Assembly: GCF_009914755.1 (NCBI RefSeq)
Contig: NC_060926.1
From: the human T2T-CHM13v2.0 reference genome, Homo sapiens
Length of the DNA stretch: 64,000 bases
Reading direction: 5' to 3' (one strand)
In this document: positions 46,491 through 61,886 of the stretch, one piece after another
Layout of the letters: every line of letters starts with the position of its first letter
Numbering within the stretch: the stretch's first letter is position 1
The notes under the pieces: generated by a model
Databases searched by the model: none
The model's input: only the letters and a program-made list of their open reading frames with translations
What the model was told of the DNA's origin: nothing
Made by a program: the position numbers and the translations under genes

Positions 46491-47274
46491 GATGGGGGTG
46501 GGGAACGGGGAAGGGGAGAGATGGAGCAAAAAGAGAATAATCAGAACTATTAATAATTAGACTCCACAGCTGTTTTGTGCTAATGTAAATTTGTCACTAC
46601 TTCCAAGCTGTACCTTCTAGCACCAAAACTCCTCAGCTACCAAAGACATGGCTTACTCCATGTCTCAAGAAATTAAAACATTTCATTTCAAATGCCTTTT
46701 GAATTTCAGAATCTCGTTGGATGACTGGTGATATTAGGTAATGCTAAGTCTCATTCATAGAAATTTTTGCAAAGAGGGAATTGCAAAAGAAATTTTGCAA
46801 TTCTTGCTTGCAAGCAATAAACTGTAGGCTATAATAAATGGGCCACTCTGGGCCTCCAGTTAAGTATCTGTGGCCTCTGCTGGCACTGGGCTGCATGTTG
46901 CTTGTATTCATTACCTTGGGAGAGACTTGCTCCGATTTTATTGGCGGCAATGTACTTGGCTCTTTTCTGAGGTCTGTTATTGAGCACAGATTTTCCCTTA
47001 TTACTCTCACATTTTGAAGAGGAGTGAGCAATTACATGGGCATAGAAAGTACCCCAATAATGACAAAAGTACAATAAGAACTAGGACTTGAGATTTCCTG
47101 TATGTCATAGTGTGTCCCTGAGCATTACAGAGAGTGCCCTATTAAATGTGACCATTAAGTCAATGGCTCATGAGGTTCAGCAATTCATCAGCTGTGATGC
47201 TCTGTTACTGGGGTCAGGAAAGATTGAGAAACTTGTCCCTTTGGGACAGTAGAGCACAGATTAACACCACTTTT

Positions 47275-47437
47275 TAAGTGTTATATACTACAATGTAATA
47301 ATAATAGAAATAAAGTGCACAATAAATGTAATGTGGTTGAATCATCCCGAAATCACCCCCTTCACCCTTCACCCCGTTCATGGAAAAACTGTCTTCCACG
47401 AAAGCAGTCCCTGGTGCCAAAAAGGTCGGGGACTACT
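47275..47437. mobile_element. MER1-like hAT-Charlie terminus
   Basis: AATGTAATAATAATAGAAATAAAGTGCACAATAAATGTAATG...CATGGAAAAACTGTCTTCCACGAAA.CAGTCCCTGGTGCCAAAAAGGT.GGGGAC. Confidence 0.85.
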
Positions 47438-48460
<1,023 letters not shown>

Positions 48461-49329
48461 TAACAACAACAAAAAAGAATTGGGAGATCTTTTATTCCAG
48501 TAATCTTATTTTAAAGGTAAAAAGGAGGCCTAAAGTCATAGGCATAATTGGCAGAATTGACTTTTGTTCTGGTGTTTCTCTCTGTAGTCATTCTTCACTT
48601 TCTGATGCAATTTTAGCACATCTTAAATATTAAAATGTTTTGGAACAAACTTAGAGAAATTATGAAGCTAATTTAGGAAAAGAGCACAAGAATCTTTGAT
48701 TTACAGGCAATTTGGGGATATAATTTAGCTATATTGAAGCTATGCAGCCAACATGTAGATGGTCATTATTATTACACCATAAATTTTGTGAGGTCAGGAA
48801 CCTTGTAATTTTAAAAATATTCACTCTGTGCTTTGTTGAATAAACGGATAAAACGTATAGACATACATGAACTACTGATGAGTGGCTGTGTGTGATGTGT
48901 AGCTATGTTTATTATTTTTAAGATTCTTATTGTATTTGTTGAAGGCCAAGTTGAGGAGGGAATTGCTTAAGGGAAATGAAAAGGGGTTTAACCACAGTCC
49001 CCACCATTCAGGGGCATGCAATCTAGTAGGTTAGGGGACAGGACAGACACACCATGATAGGTGATCGAGACCTTTTAAGAGCAGTGTGATGAAATTGCTA
49101 TGGGAACTGGGAGGAAACATTTTCTAGGACTGGGGAAACACTGAGTGTGCTAGAAAAACTTTGTGCTCCTGATCAGGGAACCTGGGTTCTATAACTGCTT
49201 CTACTACTGATTTGTCCTGTGACTTCGCGCACCAAATTTAGGCTTGTAAATTAAACTCCCAGATTTCTGTTTTCCATTTTGCAGCTCTAGGGGTTGAATG
49301 AACCATTAGGTTCCCTCGGACAAATGACC

Positions 49330-50330
49330 TCCGCTAATTTCCTATTTCGTTGTTTTCTCACCCCTACACCCCACCGTTCCGTGGGTCCCTCCTCTCCAGG
49401 AGGCCAGACGAGGAAATAAGCGAGGCCTCTTTAAAGGAGCTCTCAAAGAAAGGTACCCGGGGTATCCCGGGCTGTGGAGCAAGCGCGGGGCGCCGGGGAC
49501 CCGGGTTTCCCACGCAGCCGGGGACGCCGTTGCGTCACGGCGCCTGCAGCCAATCAGGACGTAGCCTTCCGGGACGCATTACTAGGGCGACGGCCGGACG
49601 CCTCCGCGTTACGGGATGAATTAACGGCGGGTTCCGCACGGAGGTTGTGACCCCTACGGAGCCCCAGCTTGCCCACGCACCCCACTCGGCGTCGCGCGGC
49701 GTGCCCTGCTTGTCACAGGTGGGAGGCTGGAACTATCAGGTGGGGTTACGGCGCGAGGAAAATGGCGGCGGCCGGGGGATCTCAGAGGTGCAGGAAGGGG
49801 AGCTGCAGCCCGGGCTTTTCCTCCTGAGCCATGGACCTTCCCCGGGCCGCGACCTCGGGTAACGGCCACTGGCCTGGCATTTGGGGTCCCGGTGCAGGTG
49901 GCGGTAGCGTCGCTGGCTCAGGTGGAAGGAGGCGCGGGGAAGCGACTCCTGGAGGCTGGCTGAGGCGTCAGGTGCTGAGGGGCCGCGCGAGCGGCGAGGG
50001 CGAGGTAGCCGCGGGGCGAAGAGGGTCCCGTCGGTGTTTACGCTAGGAGCGTCAAAACCTTCCTCCTGCGACCTCAGCGGGTCTGGGAGCTGCACTGTCC
50101 CGGAACGCAACCTGAGGTCTGACCCTGTTAAATCCCATGCACTAAAACGTCTCAAGTGGTCACCACGTGCGGGGCTTCGACGAGAGCCGTGGAGAGCAGG
50201 GGCTGGGGTTGTCTTCCCTGCGAGTCCTGCAGGCGCCAAAGGCCTGCCTGTAGGTGCCAGAGTGGCAGTGCCGCGAAAAGAAAGGTAGGCCCTAGCCAGG
50301 GCGGATGCCAAACCTGATCTTTAAGGTGTA
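49330..50330 (+). promoter_or_regulatory. LCLAT1: CpG island / LCLAT1 promoter
   Basis: Only GC- and CpG-dense kilobase in the window. Contains TGCGTCA (CRE/ATF-like, 49531-49537), AGCCAATCAG (NF-Y box, 49548-49557), CTTCCGG (ETS, 49566-49572) and AAAATGGCGGC (YY1, 49759-49769). No TATA box seen. Confidence 0.93.
49575..49739 (+). other. LCLAT1: LCLAT1 exon 1 (5'UTR, non-coding; TSS position approximate)
   Basis: Sequence ...CTTGTCACAGGTGGGAGGCTGGAACTATCAG matches my recollection of the LCLAT1 mRNA leader. Donor CAG|GTGGGG at 49739/49740. Start inferred from the promoter motifs. Confidence 0.8.
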
Positions 50331-51828
50331 TCGTAGCTTCTAATTGCCCATTTGAAGAAAAGAAGTTGAAAGATAAGGCACTTAGATGTGGTTGTGGAGA
50401 TGTTTTGCTTTCTTGTACTTCCCTGGTTCAGGTGGCTTCCCTGGAAATACTGCATCTGCCTTTAAAGTTCATTAACTGTGTTTCTTGTGTACATGGCAGT
50501 AGATGAGATTAGGGATTGAAGTCACTTTAAGTCCAAGAAAAGTATTGAAGATATGTGTTGAAGGCATTACCAAGATGAAATATTTATTCATATCATTAAC
50601 TTATTTGTTCAAAGAAACGTCATCTCATGAAGTATAACTACGTGGGTTAGTTTTCAAAAAACTGACTTGATGAAAGCCCTTTTTGTAAAACATATTTTTT
50701 GAGAGTAAGTAAAAATACATCATCACTTTTTCGTTTAGGTTTCTGTTGCACATTGTACTTTGATATGCTTGATATGACAGATAAGCATAATGTTAACTGA
50801 CTTTTGTTTTTGGTAGTAGGCTTGATTTTATGGAGTAGTACCTTGTTCTGTAACTGAGAAAAACGTAATAGCGCTTGTGTTTCAGTCATCAATAGCTGCA
50901 ATCTCTGGAGTGCCAACTATGTGTCAGTTTCTGTGAAAGCTAGGCTTCTCCTACTTTTTAATTTGAACACATGGTCGTCTGCATCTGCCCCCACCAGGTC
51001 TTTAGGCTGGCTGTTGCTGACAACCAGGAGGAAGCAATGGGGAAAACCCAAAAGATTCTTCCAAACTGGATCCATGGAGATTTGGTCAGTTTGTCCTGGG
51101 GTTGAGGTTATGGGTGGATTCTAGTCCAAACTCTGCCACTTAAAAATATCTTAGGGTAATCATACAACTTCACTATTGGTGTCTTATCTCTAAAGTGAGT
51201 ATTTCTTATTCAAACAATCTCATTGCACTGTTGGGAGGAAAAAGAAAAGACAGTATGTGTGAAAGGGCTTTAAAAAGTTAAAAAAACAGTGAAAATATTT
51301 GAAATTTATTCCTCTGCATTCATGTACTCTGCCAGGCACTGAATCCGGGGACTTATATGTGCCAACTCAGTCATCTAGCATCACTGTGAGGCGGATACAT
51401 TTATTATCTTTATTTTGCAGATGAGGAAACTGAAGCACATTGAAGTTTAAGTAATTTGTCCATATCACACAATTAGCATTGTGTTTCCAGCCTGTGTTCT
51501 TACTGTCTTACTACCACCATGCCTACTATCTTCCTATGACATACAGATGTGTTATGTATTAAGGGGAAACATTAATTCATGTACAAATTTTTCATTTTTA
51601 ATATATATATTTTTCTTTTTCAAAGGCTCTAGCAATGTCCTAGAATGAACACATATTTCAAGCCAGTAGTTTTGTTTGTGATCTTGTGTAAATAATAATC
51701 ATGGTTTATTCCATTGGCGTCCAATAGTGATTTGTGTGGTAACAATTACATTTACTTTGGTTAAGTGGTATATTCTTCTTACTTGTGTTGCCCATTAATT
51801 AAAAAGTTATTTTGAAACAGAGTTATGA

Positions 51829-52201
<373 letters not shown>

Positions 52202-53548
52202 TAAAAGAATAATTTGCTGGGGGACTTTTAAAAGAAAACTGATTTTAGTTAAGCTTGTTGTTTTGATATACTTGTGCTAATTTTTCCAGTCTTTATTTAT
52301 TAATAAAATAGGATGAGTAAAAGTGGCTAGGACATTTATTGTTTCATTGAACCTTTATGGAATAGCCCTGCCAAGTCTTTAGGATGTAAACATTAACTCC
52401 TGACCCTACCCTTGAGGAGTTCAGGGAGAAGTCCCAGGTCCAGAAGTTTGTAGACAGTTGAGACAAATAAATAAATGATTAACTAATAAAGCATGATAAG
52501 GACTCAAATATAATTGTGGGTACAGAGACCTGTGAGAGCACATAAAAGGGAACAGTTACTTCTTCTGGGATGGGCCTGGCCAGAAGAGGAAGGGAGCTAA
52601 CTGGAGGATAAAGGCGTAGGGAGAAACAGAGCAAAGCTAGGACAAGTGAGAGCTCATGGTGTCCAGGGGTCAGACCACAGTATTACAGGTGTTGCTGGGA
52701 GAGAAGCCAGGAAAGGTTAGAGCCAGGTTGTGAACTCTTAGCTAAGAGAGTGGGAACTCTCCTGCGGGCAGTGGGAACTGTAGAAGGATCTCGATTAGAT
52801 GCATAGCTTCCACTTTATGCTACAAAAATGCTAGGATAATGGGTGTTAGAATTTTTTTCTTTTTACTTTAGGTTTTGAATATATTTGTACAGAAATCATT
52901 GTAATATGGAAGTAATCACTGATGGTTTCTCTAGTTTTAAAGCTGATCTCCACTTAAACGTGTGTAACACTAAAGTTGTCCAGCACCTAACAACATAACA
53001 TGAATGCAGTGCAAATCGACTACAAGGTAGGGTGTGCAAATCTTGCAAAAGATGCAGGATTTCATGAAGTCAAAGCAAGGGGGAGAACTGCTGAAACCAT
53101 AAGCGCAAATAAAGGACTAGTGCCTGGAATAGGCAGAGATTCTTAAAAAGGACTCAGAAAGCAATGATCATGAAAATGATTGATAAATTTGTCTTCAGAC
53201 TTCTTTAAAATTGGAAACTTCTCTTCATCTGAAGACACCACTAAGAAAATGAAGAGCAAAATATGGACCGGAAGAAGAAATTTGCAATTTATATATCTGA
53301 CCAAGGACTCATACCGTGTGTGTGTGTTTATTTGTGTGTGTGTAGCATAAACAAAATTAATGAGAAAAATCATTTTAAAAATGCATAGATGTCTTGAACA
53401 GGCACTGTCTATTAGAGGGTCTCAGAATGGCCAGTATGCACATAAAAAGGTACTTAACATTATTTGCCAGTGGGAAATATAAATTAAAACAATAATGAGA
53501 TACTGCTATACACCTTCCAGAATAACTAAAATTAAAAAGATGGACAGT

Positions 53549-53658
53549 GCCGGTGTTGACAAGGGTGTAGACCAACTGGATCTCTTACATATTGTTGGTG
53601 GGGGCCAGTGTTGGCAAGGGTGTAGACCAACTGGATCTCTTACATATTGTTGGTGGGG
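53549..53658. repeat. 55-bp tandem duplication
   Basis: GCC(G/A)GTGTTG(A/G)CAAGGGTGTAGACCAACTGGATCTCTTACATATTGTTGGTGGGG twice, 2 mismatches. Confidence 0.95.
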
Positions 53659-53832
53659 ATGTCAAATGGTACAGTCACTTTGGAAGACTGTGGCTTTGTC
53701 TACTCCTACCCGTGATCAAATGCTTGCATTCCTAGGTATACTCAAGAGAAACTAATGCATGTTAAACTAAAAAACATGTTAAAGAATGTTTATAGTGCCT
53801 TTATTCATAATCAAAAATTGGATATAACTCAA

Positions 53833-54246
53833 TTGTACATCAGCAGTAGAATGGATGAGTAAATTGTGATATGTTTATAAGATGAAACACTGCAGAACCT
53901 ATTGTACATCAGCAGTAGAATGGATGAGTAAATCGTGATATATTTATAAGATGGAACACTGCAGAACCAGTTGTACATCAGCAGTAGAATGGATGAGTAA
54001 ATTGTGATATATTTATAAGATGAAACACTGCAGAACCAGTTGTACATCAGCAGTAGAATGGATGAGTAAATTGTGATATATTTATAAGATGAAACACTGC
54101 AGAACCAGTTGTACATCAGCAGTAGAATGGATGAGTAAATTGTGATATATTTATAAGATGAAACACTGCAGAACCAGTTGTACATCAGCAGTAGAATGGA
54201 TGAGTAAATTGTGATACATTTATAAGACGAAACACTGCAAAACCAG
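53833..54246. repeat. Minisatellite, 6 x 69 bp
   Basis: Unit TTGTACATCAGCAGTAGAATGGATGAGTAAATTGTGATATATTTATAAGATGAAACACTGCAGAACCAG starts at 53833, 53902, 53971, 54040, 54109 and 54178. Confidence 0.97.
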
Positions 54247-56772
54247 TAAAAGACAATGGATTATGGATATATGTATCAACATGGATGTATCTTACAGACA
54301 TAAGTCAGACATAAGATTGTACACTGCATGATTCCATTTAAATGAAGTCACAAAGAAGTACAATACTTCCCTGGTGACAGAAGTCAGAATAGTGATTACT
54401 CTGGGTTGGTGGTGGTGGTAATGACTGGGAAAGGGCATGAGGGAACCTTCTGGCAACATTTTATATGTTGAGATGTGTGGTGGTTACATGGGTGTATGTA
54501 TATGTAAAAATTCAGAATATGTAAAAATATGAGGATTGTGCACTTTATTGTATATATATACTTTAATAATAAAAAAGAGGCTCTAGTGAGAATATGGCAA
54601 TGCAAGATCACTTAACTTTAAATGAGAAAAAACAGCAGGGATAATTATGAAAGAGGTACTTTAAAAGAATTTAAAAGGAGTGTGAGAGGCTCCAGGAGAC
54701 AAATGATGAAAAGTATAATTTTTTTTTTTTTCGCTAAAATGACTTTTATATAATTGTTTTGCAAAAGGCAAATGTGAAATTAAGGCCGTCACATCATGCT
54801 GTTTTACAATTTGGTCACAAAATTATGCCCCAAGCACTCCACATATTCATTAGTTTTTGTCCTAAGAATTAATGCACAGTTGCAAAGTGTAATCTAAGTT
54901 TTGATCAATACAATACATGATATTTTATGAACATAATAGATTTTTTTGTTTTATTTTTTGGGAAAATTCTAAGCAGGTCTCTTTTTCATCATTATGAAAT
55001 ATGGTCTTTGTTAAAGAGAAATGGCTGTGTGGTCTTCTCCCTGTGAGGCACTAATTGCTATTGGCTAATGAGGACTGCTGTAATTCCTTTGGCTGCAGGA
55101 TTTTTAATGCAACGAGCTAAGAAAAGCTTTCGGTGTGTTTCCTGTGGCTGTGAGGTAATGCCCCAAAAAAGTCTTACAAGTTTTATTCACACCTTTACCT
55201 TGTCCTCTGCTTGTGGCAGTAGGGCCATAGGGATCCTACTGTAAAAACTCGGGAGGCAAATGGAAGAGACATATGAGGGGTTGCCATCAGTGAAAGCTGA
55301 CAACAGAGGATTAGCTGCCTTGTCTGCAGCTTTTCGCAGTTGAGTTCTGAAGACTTCAGTTGTTCACTTGCTCAGAGAAAATGGATTACTGTTCTAGGGA
55401 CAAAGATAAAGGGAAGAGTTATGGTACCCTTAGTTTTTCCTCTCAAATAAGAGACCACATCTGTTTTATATAAGCGTATATAGTTCATTCCCTCGGGAGA
55501 ACTCATGGAGCGGGGGATAGCATGTTGTTGAGCTGGTATCTACTGGTGGTATCACAAAGAAAGGAAATGCTGGATGAAGATAAAAATAAATGATGAAGAA
55601 AGAGGAATGAGTGGTGGCGGCGGTTCTTCCAGCTCTTCCAGCTCCATGTGACTGGGAGTGTGGACTGAGGGGATTGTTTTTAACTCTTGACAGGGACTCT
55701 TCCCCCACTGGAATGTTTAGGTATCTTGGGAAAGGCAGCCTTGGCTGTGGCTTTTACCATTTCTTCTTTCATAATATAAATACTGTCTTAGAATTATTTT
55801 TTTCTGTTTGTGTAGCCTTTAAATGAAAATTTACCTGTGTAGAGTTAGGGAGGAAACTGATTGAAAGTTGGGGTGGCTTGAACACCAAAACGTTTCTTGA
55901 CTAAACTCGATCATTTTTGGATGTACACCATGAACTTGGTGATGGGGACAGAGTTAAATAAGATGTGGTTTCTGTCTTTGAGCTTACTGTGTAGAGGGGG
56001 AGATAAACACAAATCAGTGCCTTCACTACAGAGGTCATTGAGATTTCATCATCTGTAGGTTTTCTTTGATGAAAAGTAAACATGACGGCTATGAAACTAT
56101 TATGAAGACCGTAGGTAGTAATGGTGACCCTCTCTTTTAATAACGTGTGAGTGCCAGGTGTATACTGAGTTCTGTTCTAAGTGCTTTAAGTTTTTAACTC
56201 CTTTAACCCTCCCAGCTTCCACTGTGAAGTAAATACAAATACTGTTATTATCCTCATTTTACTTATGAGGAAACAGAAGCCCAAAGAAGGTACGGGGCAT
56301 GGATTTGAACCTACGCAGTCTAGTTTCAGAGTCTGTGCTCTTAATTACTATGCTATAATGCCTGTTTTAATGTACTGTAAATTTAAAATATACTGTACTT
56401 GTGTGGCATTAAGTGTAAGGGATTATTTCAATGAGTATGCCTTGTATTACAAGTTATGTCCAAAGTTTCTGAATATCCATGCTGAATGTAACTTACGGTA
56501 GCTACTTAGGGTGAGTCTGTCTATAATGTGGGAGATTTAAATGAGACATCCTTTTTGCCTTTTCCCCTTTCATGTGTTATAATGATTGTTTTGATAGTCT
56601 TGCATGTTCCATTATATCATTTCAAAATTCAGTAAAATATATTACCAGGTTTATTGTTTGTGTTATAATCATACACATAATGAAATTTTATGATGTAGTG
56701 CTCAACCTGGACAGTGTGAATTACTGGGTTAACATACTTCTTAATGAGAGTAACTGCAGATTTAAACTTAGG

Positions 56773-57083
56773 TTTTTTTATTTTTTATTTTTATTTTTTA
56801 ATAGAGACAGGGTCTCACTCTGTTGCCCAGACTGGATTGCAGTAGCCTGATCACAGCTCACTGTAACCTTGAATGCATGGACTCAAGTGATCCTCCCATC
56901 TCAAGCTTCCCAGAGTAGCTGGTACTACAGGCATGTGCCACCGCGTCTGGCTAATTTTTTTTTTTTTTTGTAGAGATATTGTTGTGTTGCCTGGGCTGGT
57001 CCCGAACTCCTGAGCTCAAGTGATTCTCCCTCTTCGACCTCCCAAAGTGCTGTGATTACAGGCGTGAGCCACTGCACGTGGCC
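56773..57083 (-). mobile_element. AluJ (intron 1)
   Basis: Antisense dimer with GATCACAGCTCACTGTAACCTTGAA. Confidence 0.9.
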
Positions 57084-57644
57084 CTAGGTTGTTTACATTT
57101 TTAACATGGTGATTCATTAAGACCAATTGATTAAATTAAAGGAAGAATTATGTTTGCTTTGTTCACTAAGAATGGGAAGGCAGTGGAGAAGCAGGATGGA
57201 AATAATCTAGAGGACTCCAAGGAGTGCCAGAGTGACCTTATTTTGTTGAATTTATTTATGGTAGTAATAAAACCTATATAATTTAGCTTCTCTTTCCTTC
57301 AGAGAAGAATATACTAGAAGTCGGAGTTACTCAAGATTGAGTCTTCTTTTGCTAGGCTACTTGATAAACAGTTCTTGTCTGTTGAGTAGGCTAATCTTCA
57401 GGGAACTGAGTATACAGTGGATATAATTGGATCCAGTGGATATAATTGGATATAATTTCTAAAGCCGTATTTATTTCTCTTTTTATCTATACTTTCTTTA
57501 ACTGTAAAAAAATTTAGGAGTGTTACGTTCTCATTTTGAATGAGGAACTCTGAAATTGTATCTGATTTTCTCTTTTGTATTTGTACTTCAGACTAGTCAA
57601 ATATGTATGCCTTTTGCATACATATTTACTTGGAGATGGGGAGA

Positions 57645-57950
57645 TATTTATACTAGCTTCCTCTGGCTGCCATAACAAACTACTGCAGACATCGTGGCTT
57701 AAAATGACAGGCATTTATTTCTCAGCGTTCTGGAGGCCAGAATTCTGAAATCATTATCAGTCAGCCAAGATCACGGTGTCAGAGGGCCACACCACCTCTG
57801 GAAGATCTAGGGGAGAATCTGCTCCTTGCCTCTTCTAGCTTCTGGTGGCTGATGGCATTCCTTGTTTTATGGCTACATCATTAATCTCTCCCTCTATGGT
57901 CACGTTATGGCCTTCCTTCTCCACTTCTGTCTGCAGTTAGATCTTTGTCT
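57645..57950. mobile_element. MLT1(C-like) LTR fragment
   Basis: GGCTGCCATAACAAACTAC...GTGGCTTAAAA...TTCTGGAGGCCAGAA...CTAGGGGAGAATC...CCTTGCCTCTTCTAGCTTCTGGTGGC. Confidence 0.8.
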
Positions 57951-57952
57951 TA

Positions 57953-59230
<1,278 letters not shown>

Positions 59231-61886
59231 AAGTTGGACAGGGATTACTTCTTTATGGAAGAAAATACAGGGTGGAAATTGAGATGCATGAATTAGCCAG
59301 TAAGACACTGAAGGAAGCTAGTTTTGGGTTAGTTACTTGGAAGTGACAGCTTAACTATGTCTTTATTTCTCCAGAGAGAATTCTGTGGGTCATTGCTCAG
59401 TAAAACCAAACTCTCTTTAGTTTTAGATTTCTTAAGAGGTTTGACAGTATAGTGAATTACTTTATTTCTGCATTGAGATATAAATTAATAATATAATTTC
59501 TGGCTTAGTACCTGGTAGAGAAAAATTTATCTTTGTGAAAGATTAGTTTTATGGAGGGGATTAACTCCAGTTTTCTTTAGTGGTTGTCAGAGATCTTGGA
59601 GCTGTGGATCCTTATCTAAAAGAAAAAAAAGTGTAGCAGTTCAGATCTGTGTAAGGAAAATTTGTGAAAGTCTGAAACCTAACAAAAGGATTACTGAATA
59701 GCTTCAGTGGAACCCAGGTGCTGGCTAGAGCAATTTTCTTGGTTACTACTCTGTAGTCTGTAGCTTTCATTGTTTTTGATGTATTTTACAACCTTGTAAG
59801 TTGTGAATAACAATAATACAAATTATTCTTGCCCTTTTACATGCAAAGGATGTTTGTTGGAAGTACAATGGTTTTCTTTTTCTCTTTTGTGGAAGAAGCC
59901 AGTTTTTTATCTGTTAAGCAAATTCATTTCAGTATTTCCCATTGCCTAAGTATGTGTCTGCTCTTTGGATTCTCATTTGAACCAATTGGAACATCTTATT
60001 TGTTCCCTAATTAGAGTTATAGATAGAGGTGTTGATTTTATATTTGCATGAGAGACACAGTGCCACCTTTTTGTTTGTTTCTTTCAGTTATCCTTTAACA
60101 GATTGAACTCCAAATTTAGCCTGAGTTTGAATCCCATTTACTGTTGCGATTTGGGTCACGGAATTTTATTTTTTAACCTAAGCGTGTGTTACTTCCTATA
60201 AAAAGGAATTTATAGTATTATTTTCTTTGCATGGTTAGTGTGAGGATTAAAAGAGATGTTGTAAGTTACACACTTCTCATAGTACCTCGTATAACATAAG
60301 AATTCTTTTTAAAAAACTCTTTATTAGAAGACTGTGGGCAACTAATTTTGCCTTCCTGAGACTTCATTTCATATTGTTAAAAAAAAAAAAAGAGGCAACT
60401 TTTCACTTGGTTGTTAGGTTGTAAGTTTCACTGGCAATAATTGGAAAGAATAGAGTGTAGTAGCTGACAATAGTTGCTTTTGGAGAGGTAGACATTTCTA
60501 ATATGCAGTGACCTTGCTGCTCTGAGAAAGGGAAATGTAGAAGTTTGATATGGTGAGCAGTTAGTTAGAATAGCATCCTGGTAATTCAATTCAGTAAACA
60601 GTGGTTGAGAAGACCCTGCTCTGTCTGGCTTTGTACTAGGAAGAAGCATTAGGGCTGGAAGTGTGCTATGATCTTTTTGCTTTAAAACAATTTGGAGGGT
60701 GGATCTTGATAGACAGAAGGCTTTAGTGCTGCCAAGGACCTTGGTAGATTTGGGCATGCTCCTCAGGGAGTAGGAACTGGGAAGGGTTGGATTTTGCCTA
60801 ATCTAGGAATAGCTGTTGGGAGTTTCAAGAGCAATTTTTGGATGAGTAGGGAGGTAGGGTGATTGAGGAAGAGGGAGGAACTGGAATGATGTCTCAAGGA
60901 TGTTATTTAAATTGACTTTTCCTTCTGACCCTCAGTATTTATTGTTTTACTTAAGTGTTTTATTGGGAGTGGAGAGTGATGGTGGGTGGAAGTGGAATAT
61001 ACCTGGTGAACTGGTTGAGTCTGAAGAAAGGATACTCAGAAACTGAGAATTTAAATCTCCCAAAATCAGTACTGGTCCAAGGGAAAACCTTGGTCTACTG
61101 TGAATAGTGTAGTTGGATTGGGTTGGTGGGTCCTTCAAGACAGGGGCATTCCCAGCTACTATGCCATTAGGATAATGAAAGTAAGCCTCAGTGCAAAGTC
61201 TACTGTGTGAATGTAAGAAGCTTACCTATATACCTATAAATGTAGGTATGTATATACTTATATTTATAACTGAGTAACATTCATTCTGATATAAGGAAAT
61301 TACTATAAACAAAAGCAAGAGTTTCTCTACTGCAAACGTATTTTAAAGTTTTATGCAAAATAAAATGGTTTTTGTAATTTGGCAGTAGAATCAGGATCCA
61401 GGAAATGAGCAGCATGTGGTCATGCTTGCTTTCCTTCTTTAGGAAGGTCTTTGGGTTCCTCTAGCCATCTTTGAAACTTGAATACCCTATGTGTTACAAA
61501 GTGTGGGGGAAAGGAGCTGCCCCTTACCTGTTTTTTCTTGGGTTGGGATCTAGGCTGTGATTTTGCCCTTGCTGTTCACATTCTGGCTCAGGGAGAAGCA
61601 GAAGCTCCAAGGACCTGGCCAGTGTTAACATTTCAGCTGCCCTCTCTCTCTGGAACTTTGTAGAGGTGGCATGCATATTGGGCTCTCACCTCAGTCTTTT
61701 GGCATTCCCTTCCTAAGCACTATGACCCAGCTTCCTGAGTTGCCCTGTGCATTAATCCATTCAGTACTCAGATGTTTCAGGTCCCTGGGCCCGTAATCTG
61801 TTTACTCCATGAACCATCTGATGAGCCCGGTGCACTGTTCCCAAACTCTGCTTTCTCTTTTTTTCTCCCATTTGTCCTGTTCACAG

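Larger units (their letters stand above)
53140..54575 (+). mobile_element. L1ME-like 3' end (intron 1)
   Basis: ATATATCTGACCAAGGACTC...AATTAAAACAATAATGAGATAC...CTGCATGATTCCATTTA...GGGAAAGGGCATGAGGGAACCTTCTGG...TGTGCACTTTATTGTAT. Confidence 0.85.

Noticed and set aside
49888-49908. CTCF-like GGTGCAGGTGGCGGTA
   Set aside because: Lacks the conserved 5' CC of the motif and lies in a GC-rich background.
49736-50311. 191-aa minus-strand ORF and other ORFs in the CpG island
   Set aside because: Stop-poor GC-rich DNA; Ala/Arg/Pro low complexity with no recognisable domain.
53829-54185. 118-aa ORF with a 23-aa repeat; superficially array-like (CRISPR?)
   Set aside because: It is a head-to-tail 69-bp minisatellite with no unique spacers, inside an L1. 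The open frame results from the unit length being a multiple of 3.
57285-57305. Strong-looking acceptors in intron 1 (TTCTCTTTCCTTCAG at 57302; CTTTCCTTCTTTAG at 61442)
   Set aside because: No convincing paired donor identified; cannot be called exons without RNA data.
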